Shown: positions 8,231-16,327 of the stretch, piece after piece | How positions within the stretch are numbered: position 1 is the first letter of the stretch | How the letters are laid out: each line of letters opens with the position of its first letter | DNA from: Promethearchaeota archaeon | GTDB lineage: Archaea > Asgardarchaeota > Lokiarchaeia > Sigyniarchaeales > SOKP01 | Length of the DNA: 16,327 bases | Direction: 5' to 3' | Assembly (NCBI GenBank): GCA_048938445.1 | Contig: JBHLME010000101.1 | Span: forward strand, 1-16,327 | Notes under the pieces: model-generated | What the model was told of the DNA's origin: nothing | Database searches by the model: none | The model's input: the letters and a program-made list of their open reading frames with translations, nothing else | Position numbers and translations under genes: made by a program

Positions 8231-9565
8231 TTAACTGATAAAATCATCAATAGTTCTTTGATTTTTAATAAAATTAACCAATTTGCTGCTCTTTTTCCAT
8301 TGTTTTAGATTAACCATTAAACCTTCACCCATTTTATTGATTGAATCATCGAAATTATCCAATATAAGTGGTGTTGATGCATCAAGCGCATTTTTGACTG
8401 TTTCTCGTATGACCCATACGCCTAAAGGAACCAAATATCCCCCGGATACTTCCCGAAATATGATAACTCTTGCTTGCCTACCAATTTTAAAAAGATATTC
8501 GCAGACGGATTTACGGGCGGCATAATATGCTCCCGTTATGTTACTCGCGTAATTTTTTCGACCAGAATAAAACTCAAAATCGTTCATAATTTGAGGTGTT
8601 AAAGCACTATTATCTCCCGTGAGAGAAATGTTCCATAACGTATTAGGTGCCCAGACTTCGTTCATGTCAAATGCAAACTTGCCGGGAAATAGGAGTATTT
8701 TGAAATGATTGTCAAGATATGTGCTCTCAAATATCCTATAGTCATTGATTTCGGGTAATTTTTTAATTTCTTTTATTAAACGCTTAGATATCATATCATC
8801 AATAGCAGTGATAGTCCATCGTGTGGGAACGATCTTGCGCCTTTTTTCTTCTCCTAAAAGTCCGGCGGAAAATACACGTTCGATAGTTGATTGTGGAACA
8901 TGTCCCCGAAAATATAAGTATTCAGAAATTGCTTCACTCGCTTTTAAATCAGTATCTCCCACGCAATATTCAACTTTGGGGTGTACTTTAACATTTTCTG
9001 TAATTCGTATCTTTTCAGTTCTTCCACTAGGTCCTACTGGTAATGCATGATTGTCCATCATCATCCCTAAGTTCATTTTATCGAGTTTTGTTTCAGTATC
9101 AACAGGACGAGCAGCCATCGATAATTCTTGAGAAGTACTTAACAATCTTGAAACTTTTATTGGAAGCGTACTTTTAGCTTGTTGTTGTCCAATTTTCACG
9201 TTTACACTGAAATTATTTCGAACTAAACAACTTCTATAACGAATCACATCGATTAATTGCTTGCCAAACCATAGTTCAGGGGCATCAAGCACGTGATAAT
9301 CATCAACATGTAGACTTAATTCAAACTCTTGAAAAGGAACGAGTGGACCGATACTCACGTTAGGATAATTGTATCGTCCTACAAAAAAGCCAGGGGGGCT
9401 CGCACCAAAGATCTCCACGTCACGTTTAGATTTTCCAAACTCGTAAGGAAGCATCGATTTTAAAACTGATTGTTTCAATAAGATCGGACAAGATTTTTTT
9501 CCACATAATAATCTTGCTCCTTTACAACGCAGACAGATATTTTTTTCTGTTGGAGGTCGAACCAA
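8231..9565 (-). CDS. nreA: Archaeal Nre family DNA repair protein (PCNA-interacting)
   Basis: N-terminal CLRCKGARLLCGKKSCP Cys cluster, GASPPGFFVGRYNYP, VPTRWTITAID, GAYYAAR, PLGVWVIRE, and a C-terminal PIP box QRTIDDF. TTG start. Confidence 0.93.
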   Translation of the reverse strand: MVRPPTEKNICLRCKGARLLCGKKSCPILLKQSVLKSMLPYEFGKSKRDVEIFGASPPGFFVGRYNYPNVSIGPLVPFQEFELSLHVDDYHVLDAPELWFGKQLIDVIRYRSCLVRNNFSVNVKIGQQQAKSTLPIKVSRLLSTSQELSMAARPVDTETKLDKMNLGMMMDNHALPVGPSGRTEKIRITENVKVHPKVEYCVGDTDLKASEAISEYLYFRGHVPQSTIERVFSAGLLGEEKRRKIVPTRWTITAIDDMISKRLIKEIKKLPEINDYRIFESTYLDNHFKILLFPGKFAFDMNEVWAPNTLWNISLTGDNSALTPQIMNDFEFYSGRKNYASNITGAYYAARKSVCEYLFKIGRQARVIIFREVSGGYLVPLGVWVIRETVKNALDASTPLILDNFDDSINKMGEGLMVNLKQWKKSSKLVNFIKNQRTIDDFIS

Positions 9566-9704
9566 TTTATTCTCTCTCTAAATTAATATTAAAATCAAAT
9601 TAATTTTTATCAAATTTCTATTTTAAGAATAATGGAGTCAAGATTTTTAATATATTTGTTAAGAAAAAAATGGAGAAAAAATATAAATTAATTAGGTAAT
9701 GCAT

Positions 9705-10700
9705 TTAATTTTGAGATAATAAATTAATTAAAGCACGGGGAATTTCTTTATAGTCTTTTACTGAATAAAATTTACCTTTACCAACCCTGGCTATTTCCCT
9801 ACAGGTTTCAATACCCCTATCAGCATCATTTTCCGCGGGAATTCCAATGACGTGTAATCTTGGATAGTTTTTTGCTAATTCCAAGGGATTTTCACCCCGA
9901 TTATAATTACCATCAGAAATTAATATACCAAATTGATTTTGGATATTTTGTCTAACTTTATTTAGTTCTTTTAAGCCCTTTTCCAAACCAATATGTATGT
10001 TTGTAAACCCAACTGCTTCAGAATCTAGGATTTCGTCAATGATTTCTTTTACAGTTTTTCTCTCGTCAATTTTTTTCAAGACCATCGCGGTTGAATTGAA
10101 CAAGATTATGCTGTAATCTTCTTTATCCATGTTATATGCCAATACAGATGTGGTGAGTGCGGCATTTAATAAGAGACGTCCATACATGCTTCCACTCGTG
10201 TCGAGAATCATTACAACTTTTCTTTTTTTCCTTTGTCTTTTGATTCCGAAAATATCTTGATAACTCAAAGTTTTATTGTTTATCTTTAAGGGATTATGTT
10301 GAATGGTCTCATCCAAGTCAAACTCGGGCATTCCAATCTCATATCTAGGAACAGTTTTTTTAAAGTGTCCTTTTATACCTTTACTCGTAATTTTCAAGGA
10401 CATCTTAATTATGCTTTGTCGGGCTAATCTCCTAAAGATATACTTGTATTTTTCCGAGATAGGCCTTCTTACAAAGAAATATACTTCAGGAACAAATGCA
10501 CTTGATTCTTCTGCTTTTTCTGAAAAGAATTTTACACCTTCTTCGCAATCAAGCGCGTCTGTAGCAGCATACACGTTTGACTTTAACATACCCATTATGG
10601 CTTCAAGATTTTTATACTGAATTGCCAGATAGGTCAATTCCTTGATTTCTTTATAATCCAGAGTATTTGCTAAATGCCTATAATAGTCTGGTTTTTTCAT
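9705..10700 (-). CDS. VWA (von Willebrand A) domain protein, MoxR partner; frame stays open upstream to ~10832
   Basis: Intact MIDAS: ILDTSGSM, GFTNI, LISDG. EFDLDETI is a CoxE/ChlD-like pre-VWA motif. Directly downstream of a MoxR gene. Confidence 0.9.
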   Translation of the reverse strand: MKKPDYYRHLANTLDYKEIKELTYLAIQYKNLEAIMGMLKSNVYAATDALDCEEGVKFFSEKAEESSAFVPEVYFFVRRPISEKYKYIFRRLARQSIIKMSLKITSKGIKGHFKKTVPRYEIGMPEFDLDETIQHNPLKINNKTLSYQDIFGIKRQRKKRKVVMILDTSGSMYGRLLLNAALTTSVLAYNMDKEDYSIILFNSTAMVLKKIDERKTVKEIIDEILDSEAVGFTNIHIGLEKGLKELNKVRQNIQNQFGILISDGNYNRGENPLELAKNYPRLHVIGIPAENDADRGIETCREIARVGKGKFYSVKDYKEIPRALINLLSQN

Positions 10701-10781
10701 TTTTTTACGCTTGATTTCAAAGCGTAAGATTTCTTTATCTGGAGGTCTGTCGGTGAGTCTTACGTGAAGCCGCTTATTCTC

Positions 10782-10828
10782 AATCTCTTCGGAATTCTCC
10801 TCCGAGAAATCATCGATTACTGAAAATC
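10782..10828 (-). promoter_or_regulatory. Candidate -1 programmed ribosomal frameshift signal (GAT TTT slip site plus downstream hairpin)
   Basis: Minus strand ...TCA GAT TTT CAG TAA. The -1 frame is open from here into the VWA ORF. Stem gatttc-tcgga/tccga-a-gagatt (10811-10782) starts 11 nt downstream. Confidence 0.6.
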
Positions 10829-11689
10829 TGATTTATTAAGGATAGCCAGAACAATGTCAGAAATTATTTCTGATTTCGTCTTATTGATGCCATCTTCAAG
10901 CTCAATTTTGTTATAGAGCGCCATTATTGCATTATTAATCCAACTTTTGGAACTTTCCATACTTCCTTCTTGATTCATAAGAGCAGCTAAATCAATTGCC
11001 CCCCTAATTGAACTTCCTCTTCGGAGTGTGATGTTATCTCGTGTAGATTGAATTATTTTTTGAGAAATTTGCGCAATTTTATCTCCAGATTCATCATTTA
11101 AACCTACTTCTTGCTTGATGATTTGGATTTCCTCTCCAGCTATTTGATAATCGAGCTTAGTCCACACAAATCTATCCTTTAAAGCCTCTCCCATTACAGT
11201 TACTCCAATGTGGGCTGTAGGATTTTGAGTTGCAATTACAAAAAAGCCATTATTTGCTGAAATTGTTTTAAGTTTTGGTATTTCAAGGATTTTTTCATCA
11301 AGTGCAGTAAGAAGAGCATTTTGTGTGCTTTCGGGCATTCTATTGATTTCATTAATAAACAAACATCCTCCTTTCTGCATGGCTGATGGGAGGGGGCCAT
11401 AGACATATGAATCTTCAACATATCCATTCGCAATAACTAAAGGTGGATCAAAATATCCTACTAATGTATGTTGCAGGATCTCTTCAGAGCAATCAACTCG
11501 ATAAAATTCTGAATCAAAATAAGATGAGACCGCTTTTGCGAGTGTGGTCTTACCAACACCTACTTCTCCTTCAATCAAGATGTTTTTCCCGACTGAATGA
11601 GCCAATACGATTTTTTGTAATTCTTCCGTTCTTCCAATGATTTTAAATTTTTGTTGTATTTCTTTTACTATTTCGGAGGGATTAACCAT
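10817..11689 (-). CDS. MoxR-family AAA+ ATPase
   Basis: Walker A GEVGVGKT, Walker B variant LFINEINR, QNALL, sensor-1 IATQNP, EALKDRF (Arg finger), SIRG (sensor 2). Confidence 0.92.
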   Translation of the reverse strand: MVNPSEIVKEIQQKFKIIGRTEELQKIVLAHSVGKNILIEGEVGVGKTTLAKAVSSYFDSEFYRVDCSEEILQHTLVGYFDPPLVIANGYVEDSYVYGPLPSAMQKGGCLFINEINRMPESTQNALLTALDEKILEIPKLKTISANNGFFVIATQNPTAHIGVTVMGEALKDRFVWTKLDYQIAGEEIQIIKQEVGLNDESGDKIAQISQKIIQSTRDNITLRRGSSIRGAIDLAALMNQEGSMESSKSWINNAIMALYNKIELEDGINKTKSEIISDIVLAILNKSDFQ

Positions 11690-11859
11690 AATTAGAATAA
11701 TATTTCATGTGTAAAAAATTCACTCTTTTTAAAATATACAAAATCTCTTAAATTGTCTAAGAAGTTCAAATCCTATAATTTAGGATAAAATATTTTATCA
11801 TTTTCACAAAAGAAAATAATTCTATTTTGGCATGTGATGAATTTTTCAATGACTAAAAA

Positions 11860-13141
11860 TAATGCCTCTCTCTCTTTAAATACTTGAAAGACTAGATTAC
11901 AAGTACATGCAACTCGTTCAACAAGTTCAATTCAAGCATTCAGAGGTTTTAGACAAAGTGACGTTTCTCTCAAAAAATTTGTATAATATGGCGACTTACA
12001 TGGTTAGACAACGTTTTTTCAAGGATCGGTATTGGATTCGATATCACGAGTTATGGAACTTGCTAAAATCTCACGACTCGTATAAAAAACTACAAGATGC
12101 ATGCGGAGCTCATCCACCACAGCAAGTATTAAAACAAGTAGACCAAAACTTCAAGAGTTTCTTTAAAGCAATTAAAATATGGAAAATTGAACCATCTAAA
12201 TTCACGGGAAGACCTAAGCTTCCACGTTATAAGTGGAAGAATGGCCATAATATGGTCTATTTCACGGTATTACAATGTAGAATAAAAAATGGATTCGTCC
12301 TCCTCACGCAAAAGATGGAAAGGTTAGGATTTCCAAAAATAAAAACAACTTTGAAAACCTTGAAAGGAGTTCGTATCATCCCTTTTGGAGATCGATACAA
12401 TATTGAATTAATCTACGATTTCGAACCAAATAATTTGCACTTGAACGAGAATAACATCATTGGGATTGATTTAGGACTTAAGAACATCGTAACTATTTCA
12501 GATAACAGTGGAAACAAGCCATTGATTATCAAGGGCGGTGTAGTCAAGTCAATCAATCAATTCTATAATAAGAAATTGGCAAAATATAGATCCGAAAGTA
12601 AGATTTGCAATAATACTGAAGTAACAAGACATATCTTGAAGTTGCATCGAAAAAGAAATAATAAAATGAGAGATTTTTTTCATAAAACATCACGAAAAAT
12701 AGTCAATCACTGCATTTCTCACGATATTGGAACGATTATTATAGGATATAATGATGGGTGGAAGCACAAAACTAGTATTGGAAGGATGAACAACCAAAAC
12801 TTCGTTTCCATTCCCTTTTTAAAGCTTATCCGACAAATTGAGTATAAGTCCGATATGGTTGGAATCAGAGTAATTAGAACCTCTGAAGAATTTACTTCGC
12901 AAACTTGTTCTTCGTGTGGTGTAATTTACAAGTCAAATCGAAAATATCGAGGGCTTTATGTATGTAAAAAATGTGGATTGGTTTTAAATGCTGACGTGAA
13001 CGCATCGAGAAATATATTACGAAAAGGAGTCCCTGAATCCAGCTGGATAGGGGATAGAGGATGCTTGAACCATCCAGTAGTGTTGAAAGTTTGACGTCTT
13101 TTAACCTACGAATCTACGTCCTTTAGGGCATAGTAGTTCAA
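11860..13141 (+). mobile_element. IS200/IS605-family element, tnpB only (IS1341-like); left boundary uncertain
   Basis: tnpB with no tnpA. Right end gaatCTACGTCC-ttta-GGGCATAGtagTTCAA (hairpin 13114-13133, ending TCAA at 13141). The left end was not resolved. Confidence 0.7.
11907..13094 (+). CDS. tnpB: RNA-guided endonuclease TnpB (IS200/IS605 OrfB) with rearranged RuvC-II
   Basis: KNLYN, RPKLPRYK, RuvC-I GIDLG (D188), IIIGYNDGWK (G280), EEFTSQTCSSCG (E327), CKKCG zinc finger, NADVNASRNI (D363). Confidence 0.95.
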   Translation: MQLVQQVQFKHSEVLDKVTFLSKNLYNMATYMVRQRFFKDRYWIRYHELWNLLKSHDSYKKLQDACGAHPPQQVLKQVDQNFKSFFKAIKIWKIEPSKFTGRPKLPRYKWKNGHNMVYFTVLQCRIKNGFVLLTQKMERLGFPKIKTTLKTLKGVRIIPFGDRYNIELIYDFEPNNLHLNENNIIGIDLGLKNIVTISDNSGNKPLIIKGGVVKSINQFYNKKLAKYRSESKICNNTEVTRHILKLHRKRNNKMRDFFHKTSRKIVNHCISHDIGTIIIGYNDGWKHKTSIGRMNNQNFVSIPFLKLIRQIEYKSDMVGIRVIRTSEEFTSQTCSSCGVIYKSNRKYRGLYVCKKCGLVLNADVNASRNILRKGVPESSWIGDRGCLNHPVVLKV

Positions 13142-13160
13142 ACTTCAAAGGCATAATTAT
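13025..13160 (+). ncRNA. Putative TnpB omegaRNA/reRNA (scaffold overlapping the tnpB 3' end and right end; guide from ~13142)
   Basis: Consecutive stems: tccct..atccagctggat..aggga (13030-13054), ggatg/catcc (13059-13075), gttgaaag/cttttaac (13082-13105), and the right-end hairpin (13114-13133). This position is established for TnpB guide RNAs. The 5' end is a guess. Confidence 0.6.
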
Positions 13161-13188
13161 TAAATATTCAGATATAATTATTATATTC

Positions 13189-13404
13189 ATGCCCGCTATA
13201 AGTGCTCGTAATGTCCTAAAAGGGACGGTAAAGAAGGTTGAACATGGTGCAGTTAATTCAGAAATTACAGTAGAATTACCGGGAGGAAATGAGATAATTT
13301 CAATAATTACAAAATCCTCAGCAGAAAGATTAGGTTTAACTAAAGGTAAACAAGTATCTGCAGTAATCAAGGCTTCAAACGTGATGATTGCTACAGACTT
13401 ATAA
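13189..13404 (+). CDS. mop: Molbindin (Mop, single TOBE domain) molybdate/tungstate-binding protein
   Basis: ISARNVLKG...SIITKSSAERLGL..G..V.AVIKASNV is the canonical Mop signature. TATA-like TATTAAATA at ~13158-13166. Confidence 0.93.
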   Translation: MPAISARNVLKGTVKKVEHGAVNSEITVELPGGNEIISIITKSSAERLGLTKGKQVSAVIKASNVMIATDL

Positions 13405-13413
13405 TTTTTTTTT
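13405..13413 (+). terminator. T9 tract terminator after mop
   Basis: Nine T residues directly follow the mop TAA and overlap the convergent moeA stop. Confidence 0.5.
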
Positions 13414-14674
13414 ATTTTGGATGAAGTTTAGCAAATACTTGTTCCCCCTTTTTGAGACCTTCTTGGTTTGGTTGGATTTCAATTGTTCCATGAGATCCTG
13501 TAAGAGAACTGATGATTCCAGAACCTTTTAATTTAATAGGTATGGCAATAAATTCATCTCTAGACTTTTCAATTTTAACTCGAAGATGATGAACATAGCC
13601 CATTCTTCCAACAGGAACATCTTTAGCTATTGATACATTTATTTCTATTCTCGGATCTATTTTTAAACAGCCCATCATTTTTCTTAAGGCTAATCCTGCA
13701 ATGGTTATAAAACAAATATAAGCTGCGACAGGAGTTCCAGGTAGACAAAAAACTAGAGTTCCTTTATTTAATATTCCAATTAGAATTGGTGATCCGGGTC
13801 TCATTGCTACTCCGTGGGTTAATATTGTTCCACATTCTTCTACAACTTCTGGTAAGAAGTCTTTAGTTCCAACAGAAGTACCTCCAGTAAAAATAATAAT
13901 GTCAGAATCAATGGAGGCTTCTAATAATTTATCTTTGAGGTGTTTTTTATCGTCCTTTATCGTAACTTCTCTTAGGATATTTCCACCATATAATTTAACC
14001 AGGGATGAAATCATTGGAGAATTTGAATTATAGATTTTGTTCGGTTCAAGTGGTTTGCCAACTTCTATTAATTCATCTCCGGTTGCAAAGACACTTAAAT
14101 TCGGCTTCATTCGTACTTTAATTTTTTTAAAACCTAAAGAGCTTAAAAGTGCCACATGTTCAGCTTTTATTTCAATTCCTTTTTCTAAAACCTTGGTGCC
14201 TATTGGAATATCTTCCCCTTTTTTAGAGACATTTTTTCCAGGAACTAAAGGTGTATAGAGAGTAATTATATCCTTTTTAATTTCTGTATCTTCTATCTTA
14301 ATGACTGCATTTGCACCTTTAGGAATAGCCGCTCCCGTAGAGATTCTAATTGCTTCACCTTCTTCAATCTTTAATTCATCTTTTTTCTCACCAATTTCAA
14401 TTCTCCCAACTTGTTTTACTGTTCGGGGATTTTTAGGGGAGGTACCAAAGGTATCTTCTGCTTTTAAAGCATAACCATCCATTGCTGACCGGTCAAATGG
14501 TGGAATATCAATATTACTTTGGATATCTTCTGCTAATATCCTATTTAAGGCTTCTGATGTCTCGATTTCCTCAATTGAAGTTAATTTAATATGAGAAAAT
14601 AATTCTTTTAGAGCTTCTTCTAGAAGAGTTAATTTAGCAAATCCAATTTTCCTTAACTTCTCCAAGATTATCAC
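13412..14674 (-). CDS. moeA: Molybdopterin molybdotransferase MoeA (gephyrin E-domain-like)
   Basis: PPFDRSAMDGYAL, ISTGAAIPKGANAV, ATGDEL, IYNSN, TGGTSVGTKD, MRPGSP, LPGTP. The true start may be TTG at 14665, since GGAGTGA lies 5 nt upstream. Confidence 0.96.
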   Translation of the reverse strand: MIILEKLRKIGFAKLTLLEEALKELFSHIKLTSIEEIETSEALNRILAEDIQSNIDIPPFDRSAMDGYALKAEDTFGTSPKNPRTVKQVGRIEIGEKKDELKIEEGEAIRISTGAAIPKGANAVIKIEDTEIKKDIITLYTPLVPGKNVSKKGEDIPIGTKVLEKGIEIKAEHVALLSSLGFKKIKVRMKPNLSVFATGDELIEVGKPLEPNKIYNSNSPMISSLVKLYGGNILREVTIKDDKKHLKDKLLEASIDSDIIIFTGGTSVGTKDFLPEVVEECGTILTHGVAMRPGSPILIGILNKGTLVFCLPGTPVAAYICFITIAGLALRKMMGCLKIDPRIEINVSIAKDVPVGRMGYVHHLRVKIEKSRDEFIAIPIKLKGSGIISSLTGSHGTIEIQPNQEGLKKGEQVFAKLHPK

Positions 14675-15207
14675 TCCTTTTTATTAATAGAATAAATTAT
14701 GTGACCTAGTTCTGGCAAGATTAACTCTTTTAATGCTAATTTAACGGCATTTGGTGATCCTGGAAGTAAAAAAACAGCTTTATCTTTTATTTTACCTGCT
14801 GTTGCTCTTGATAACATTGATGCTGGTCCAATTTCTTTGAAAGAAAGATATCTAAAGAGTTCACCAAATCCATCCATTTTTTTTTCTAACATTGGTTCTA
14901 TGGTCTCATATGTGATATCTTTCGGTGTTAAACCCGTACCCCCACTAAATATTATTGCATGATTAGTTGAAGCTTCAATTAATTTATTAAAAATATTCTT
15001 TATTTGAACTTCAGAATCTGCAACTACATCGGTCATTACTAAGGAATATTTCGGATATTCTTCCAAGATTTGATTTATTAATGGAATAGTTTTGTCTGTC
15101 TTAATTTCTCCACTTTTTTTTTCATTGTAGCGTGAAGTACTTACAATCACCAATGCAATATTCACAATTTCAGGACCATTATTTTTATGCTGCTCGTGAA
15201 CTTTCAT
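14671..15207 (-). CDS. moaB: Molybdopterin adenylyltransferase MoaB/MogA family
   Basis: VSTSR, VVAD, SGGTGLTPKDITYE, GFGELFR, AS.LSRATAG, LPGSPNAV. SD AGGTG lies upstream. Confidence 0.93.
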   Translation of the reverse strand: MKVHEQHKNNGPEIVNIALVIVSTSRYNEKKSGEIKTDKTIPLINQILEEYPKYSLVMTDVVADSEVQIKNIFNKLIEASTNHAIIFSGGTGLTPKDITYETIEPMLEKKMDGFGELFRYLSFKEIGPASMLSRATAGKIKDKAVFLLPGSPNAVKLALKELILPELGHIIYSINKKE

Positions 15208-15233
15208 TTTAACACCTTAAATCATTTTTTACC

Positions 15234-16327
15234 TTAAAATAAAAAAACTCTCCTTTGATCTCCCTTTTCCACGATTCCTTCCAATTCTTCTACTTCAATA
15301 TACCCATTGGCATGAAAAAGGGTACTTATAGCTTCAGAACCTGTTTTAATTGGAAATAATAATTTTTTTCCATTAATTATTTCAATTTTTACTGGTTTAA
15401 ACTCATGTCTCCCAAACGTGCTGTATATCCTTTCTCCAACTTCTAAAATCATTGAATTTCTCTCTTTTAATGGAACACCAGCACATTTCCTGATATAATT
15501 TTCTATAAACACGTAATAACAACTAAGCGCGGATGTGGGATATCCTGGTAATATAAAAACTACTTTATCATTAATTTTTGCAAAAATAAAAGGCTTTCCA
15601 GGTTTTATTCTTACCCCATGAACCATTATTTCAATATTTTTATAAGTTGCTAATACCTGAGGTCCAAAATCACCTTCACCTTTGGAAGTACCTCCTGAAA
15701 GTATTACTATATCACTCTTTTTTAATCCAGTATCAATTGCATTCTTTAATTCTTCAAAATTATCTTGAACGATGCCTAAATATTGTACTTCAGCTCCTGC
15801 AATTTGAATTGCTTTTTTTAAAATATTTGAATTAACGTCATATATTTTGCCTGTTTGTAATTCTGTTATATCAGGAGTTACAAGTTCATTACCCGTGCTG
15901 ATTAGACTAACTAATGGCTTCTTAATAACTGAAACATTACTGATTCCACAAGCAGATATTAATCCTAAAGTTGGCAGGTCGATTAGAGTTCCTTTTTTAC
16001 ATATAATCTCGTCTTTTTTTATGTCATGACCAATACTAATTACATGTGTTCCAGGTGTAACCGCAGTAGATATATATACATTATTTCCATCAATTTCAGA
16101 AAATTCTACCATAACTACAGCATCAGCACCATCGGGTATTGCTGCTCCAGTTGCGACATATGAAGTTTGTCCTTTTTTTATTACCTTTTTTGGAACATCT
16201 CCAGCTTGAATTTGTTCAATTAATTCGAGTCTAATGGAATTATTTTCATCGGCAGTAAAGATATCTTCTGCAATGACAGCATATCCGTCCATACGAGATT
16301 TACGAAAATGTGGTACATTAATAGGAC
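15234..16327 (-). CDS. moeA: Second MoeA paralog, 5'-truncated by the window edge
   Basis: The frame is open beyond the track's Met at 16292 (…PINVPHFRKSR-MDGYAV), so the real start lies outside the window. Motifs ATGAAIPDGADAVVMVE, STGNEL, SGGTSKGEGD, IKPGKP, LPGYPTS. Confidence 0.95.
   Translation of the reverse strand, partial: PINVPHFRKSRMDGYAVIAEDIFTADENNSIRLELIEQIQAGDVPKKVIKKGQTSYVATGAAIPDGADAVVMVEFSEIDGNNVYISTAVTPGTHVISIGHDIKKDEIICKKGTLIDLPTLGLISACGISNVSVIKKPLVSLISTGNELVTPDITELQTGKIYDVNSNILKKAIQIAGAEVQYLGIVQDNFEELKNAIDTGLKKSDIVILSGGTSKGEGDFGPQVLATYKNIEIMVHGVRIKPGKPFIFAKINDKVVFILPGYPTSALSCYYVFIENYIRKCAGVPLKERNSMILEVGERIYSTFGRHEFKPVKIEIINGKKLLFPIKTGSEAISTLFHANGYIEVEELEGIVEKGDQRRVFLF

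Noticed and set aside
11907-13094. Calling the TnpB catalytically dead (TldR-like) or a Cas12f
   Set aside because: An alternative Glu (E327) and both Asp residues are present. There is no CRISPR array, and an IS right end is present.
7169-16029. Remaining antisense or nested ORFs (7169, 8283, 8745, 10303, 11236, 11443, 13101, 14037, 15647, 15847)
   Set aside because: All overlap confidently identified genes on the opposite strand or in another frame and carry no independent signal.

Overview
AT-rich archaeal window, probably from an Asgard (Lokiarchaeia-like) genome; this is inferred from gene style, not proven. Left third: a 1700-aa surface protein (beta-helix, 7-bladed propeller-like region, 8 alternating PKD domains, C-terminal PGF-TM-basic sorting signal) sits head-to-head with an exosortase/archaeosortase (Cys187/Arg237/His255). 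Paired TTCCGGAA boxes lie between them and a winged-helix regulator follows. Middle: a MoxR AAA+ gene, a VWA gene and nreA. The MoxR-VWA junction looks like a -1 programmed ribosomal frameshift (GAT-TTT site, downstream hairpin, coding-like 41% GC gap open in the -1 frame) that would give a ~661-aa fusion. Right: a solo IS200/IS605 tnpB with a rearranged RuvC-II and a recognisable right end/omegaRNA, then a Mo/W cofactor cluster (mop, moeA, moaB, partial moeA). A further CDS runs off the left edge.
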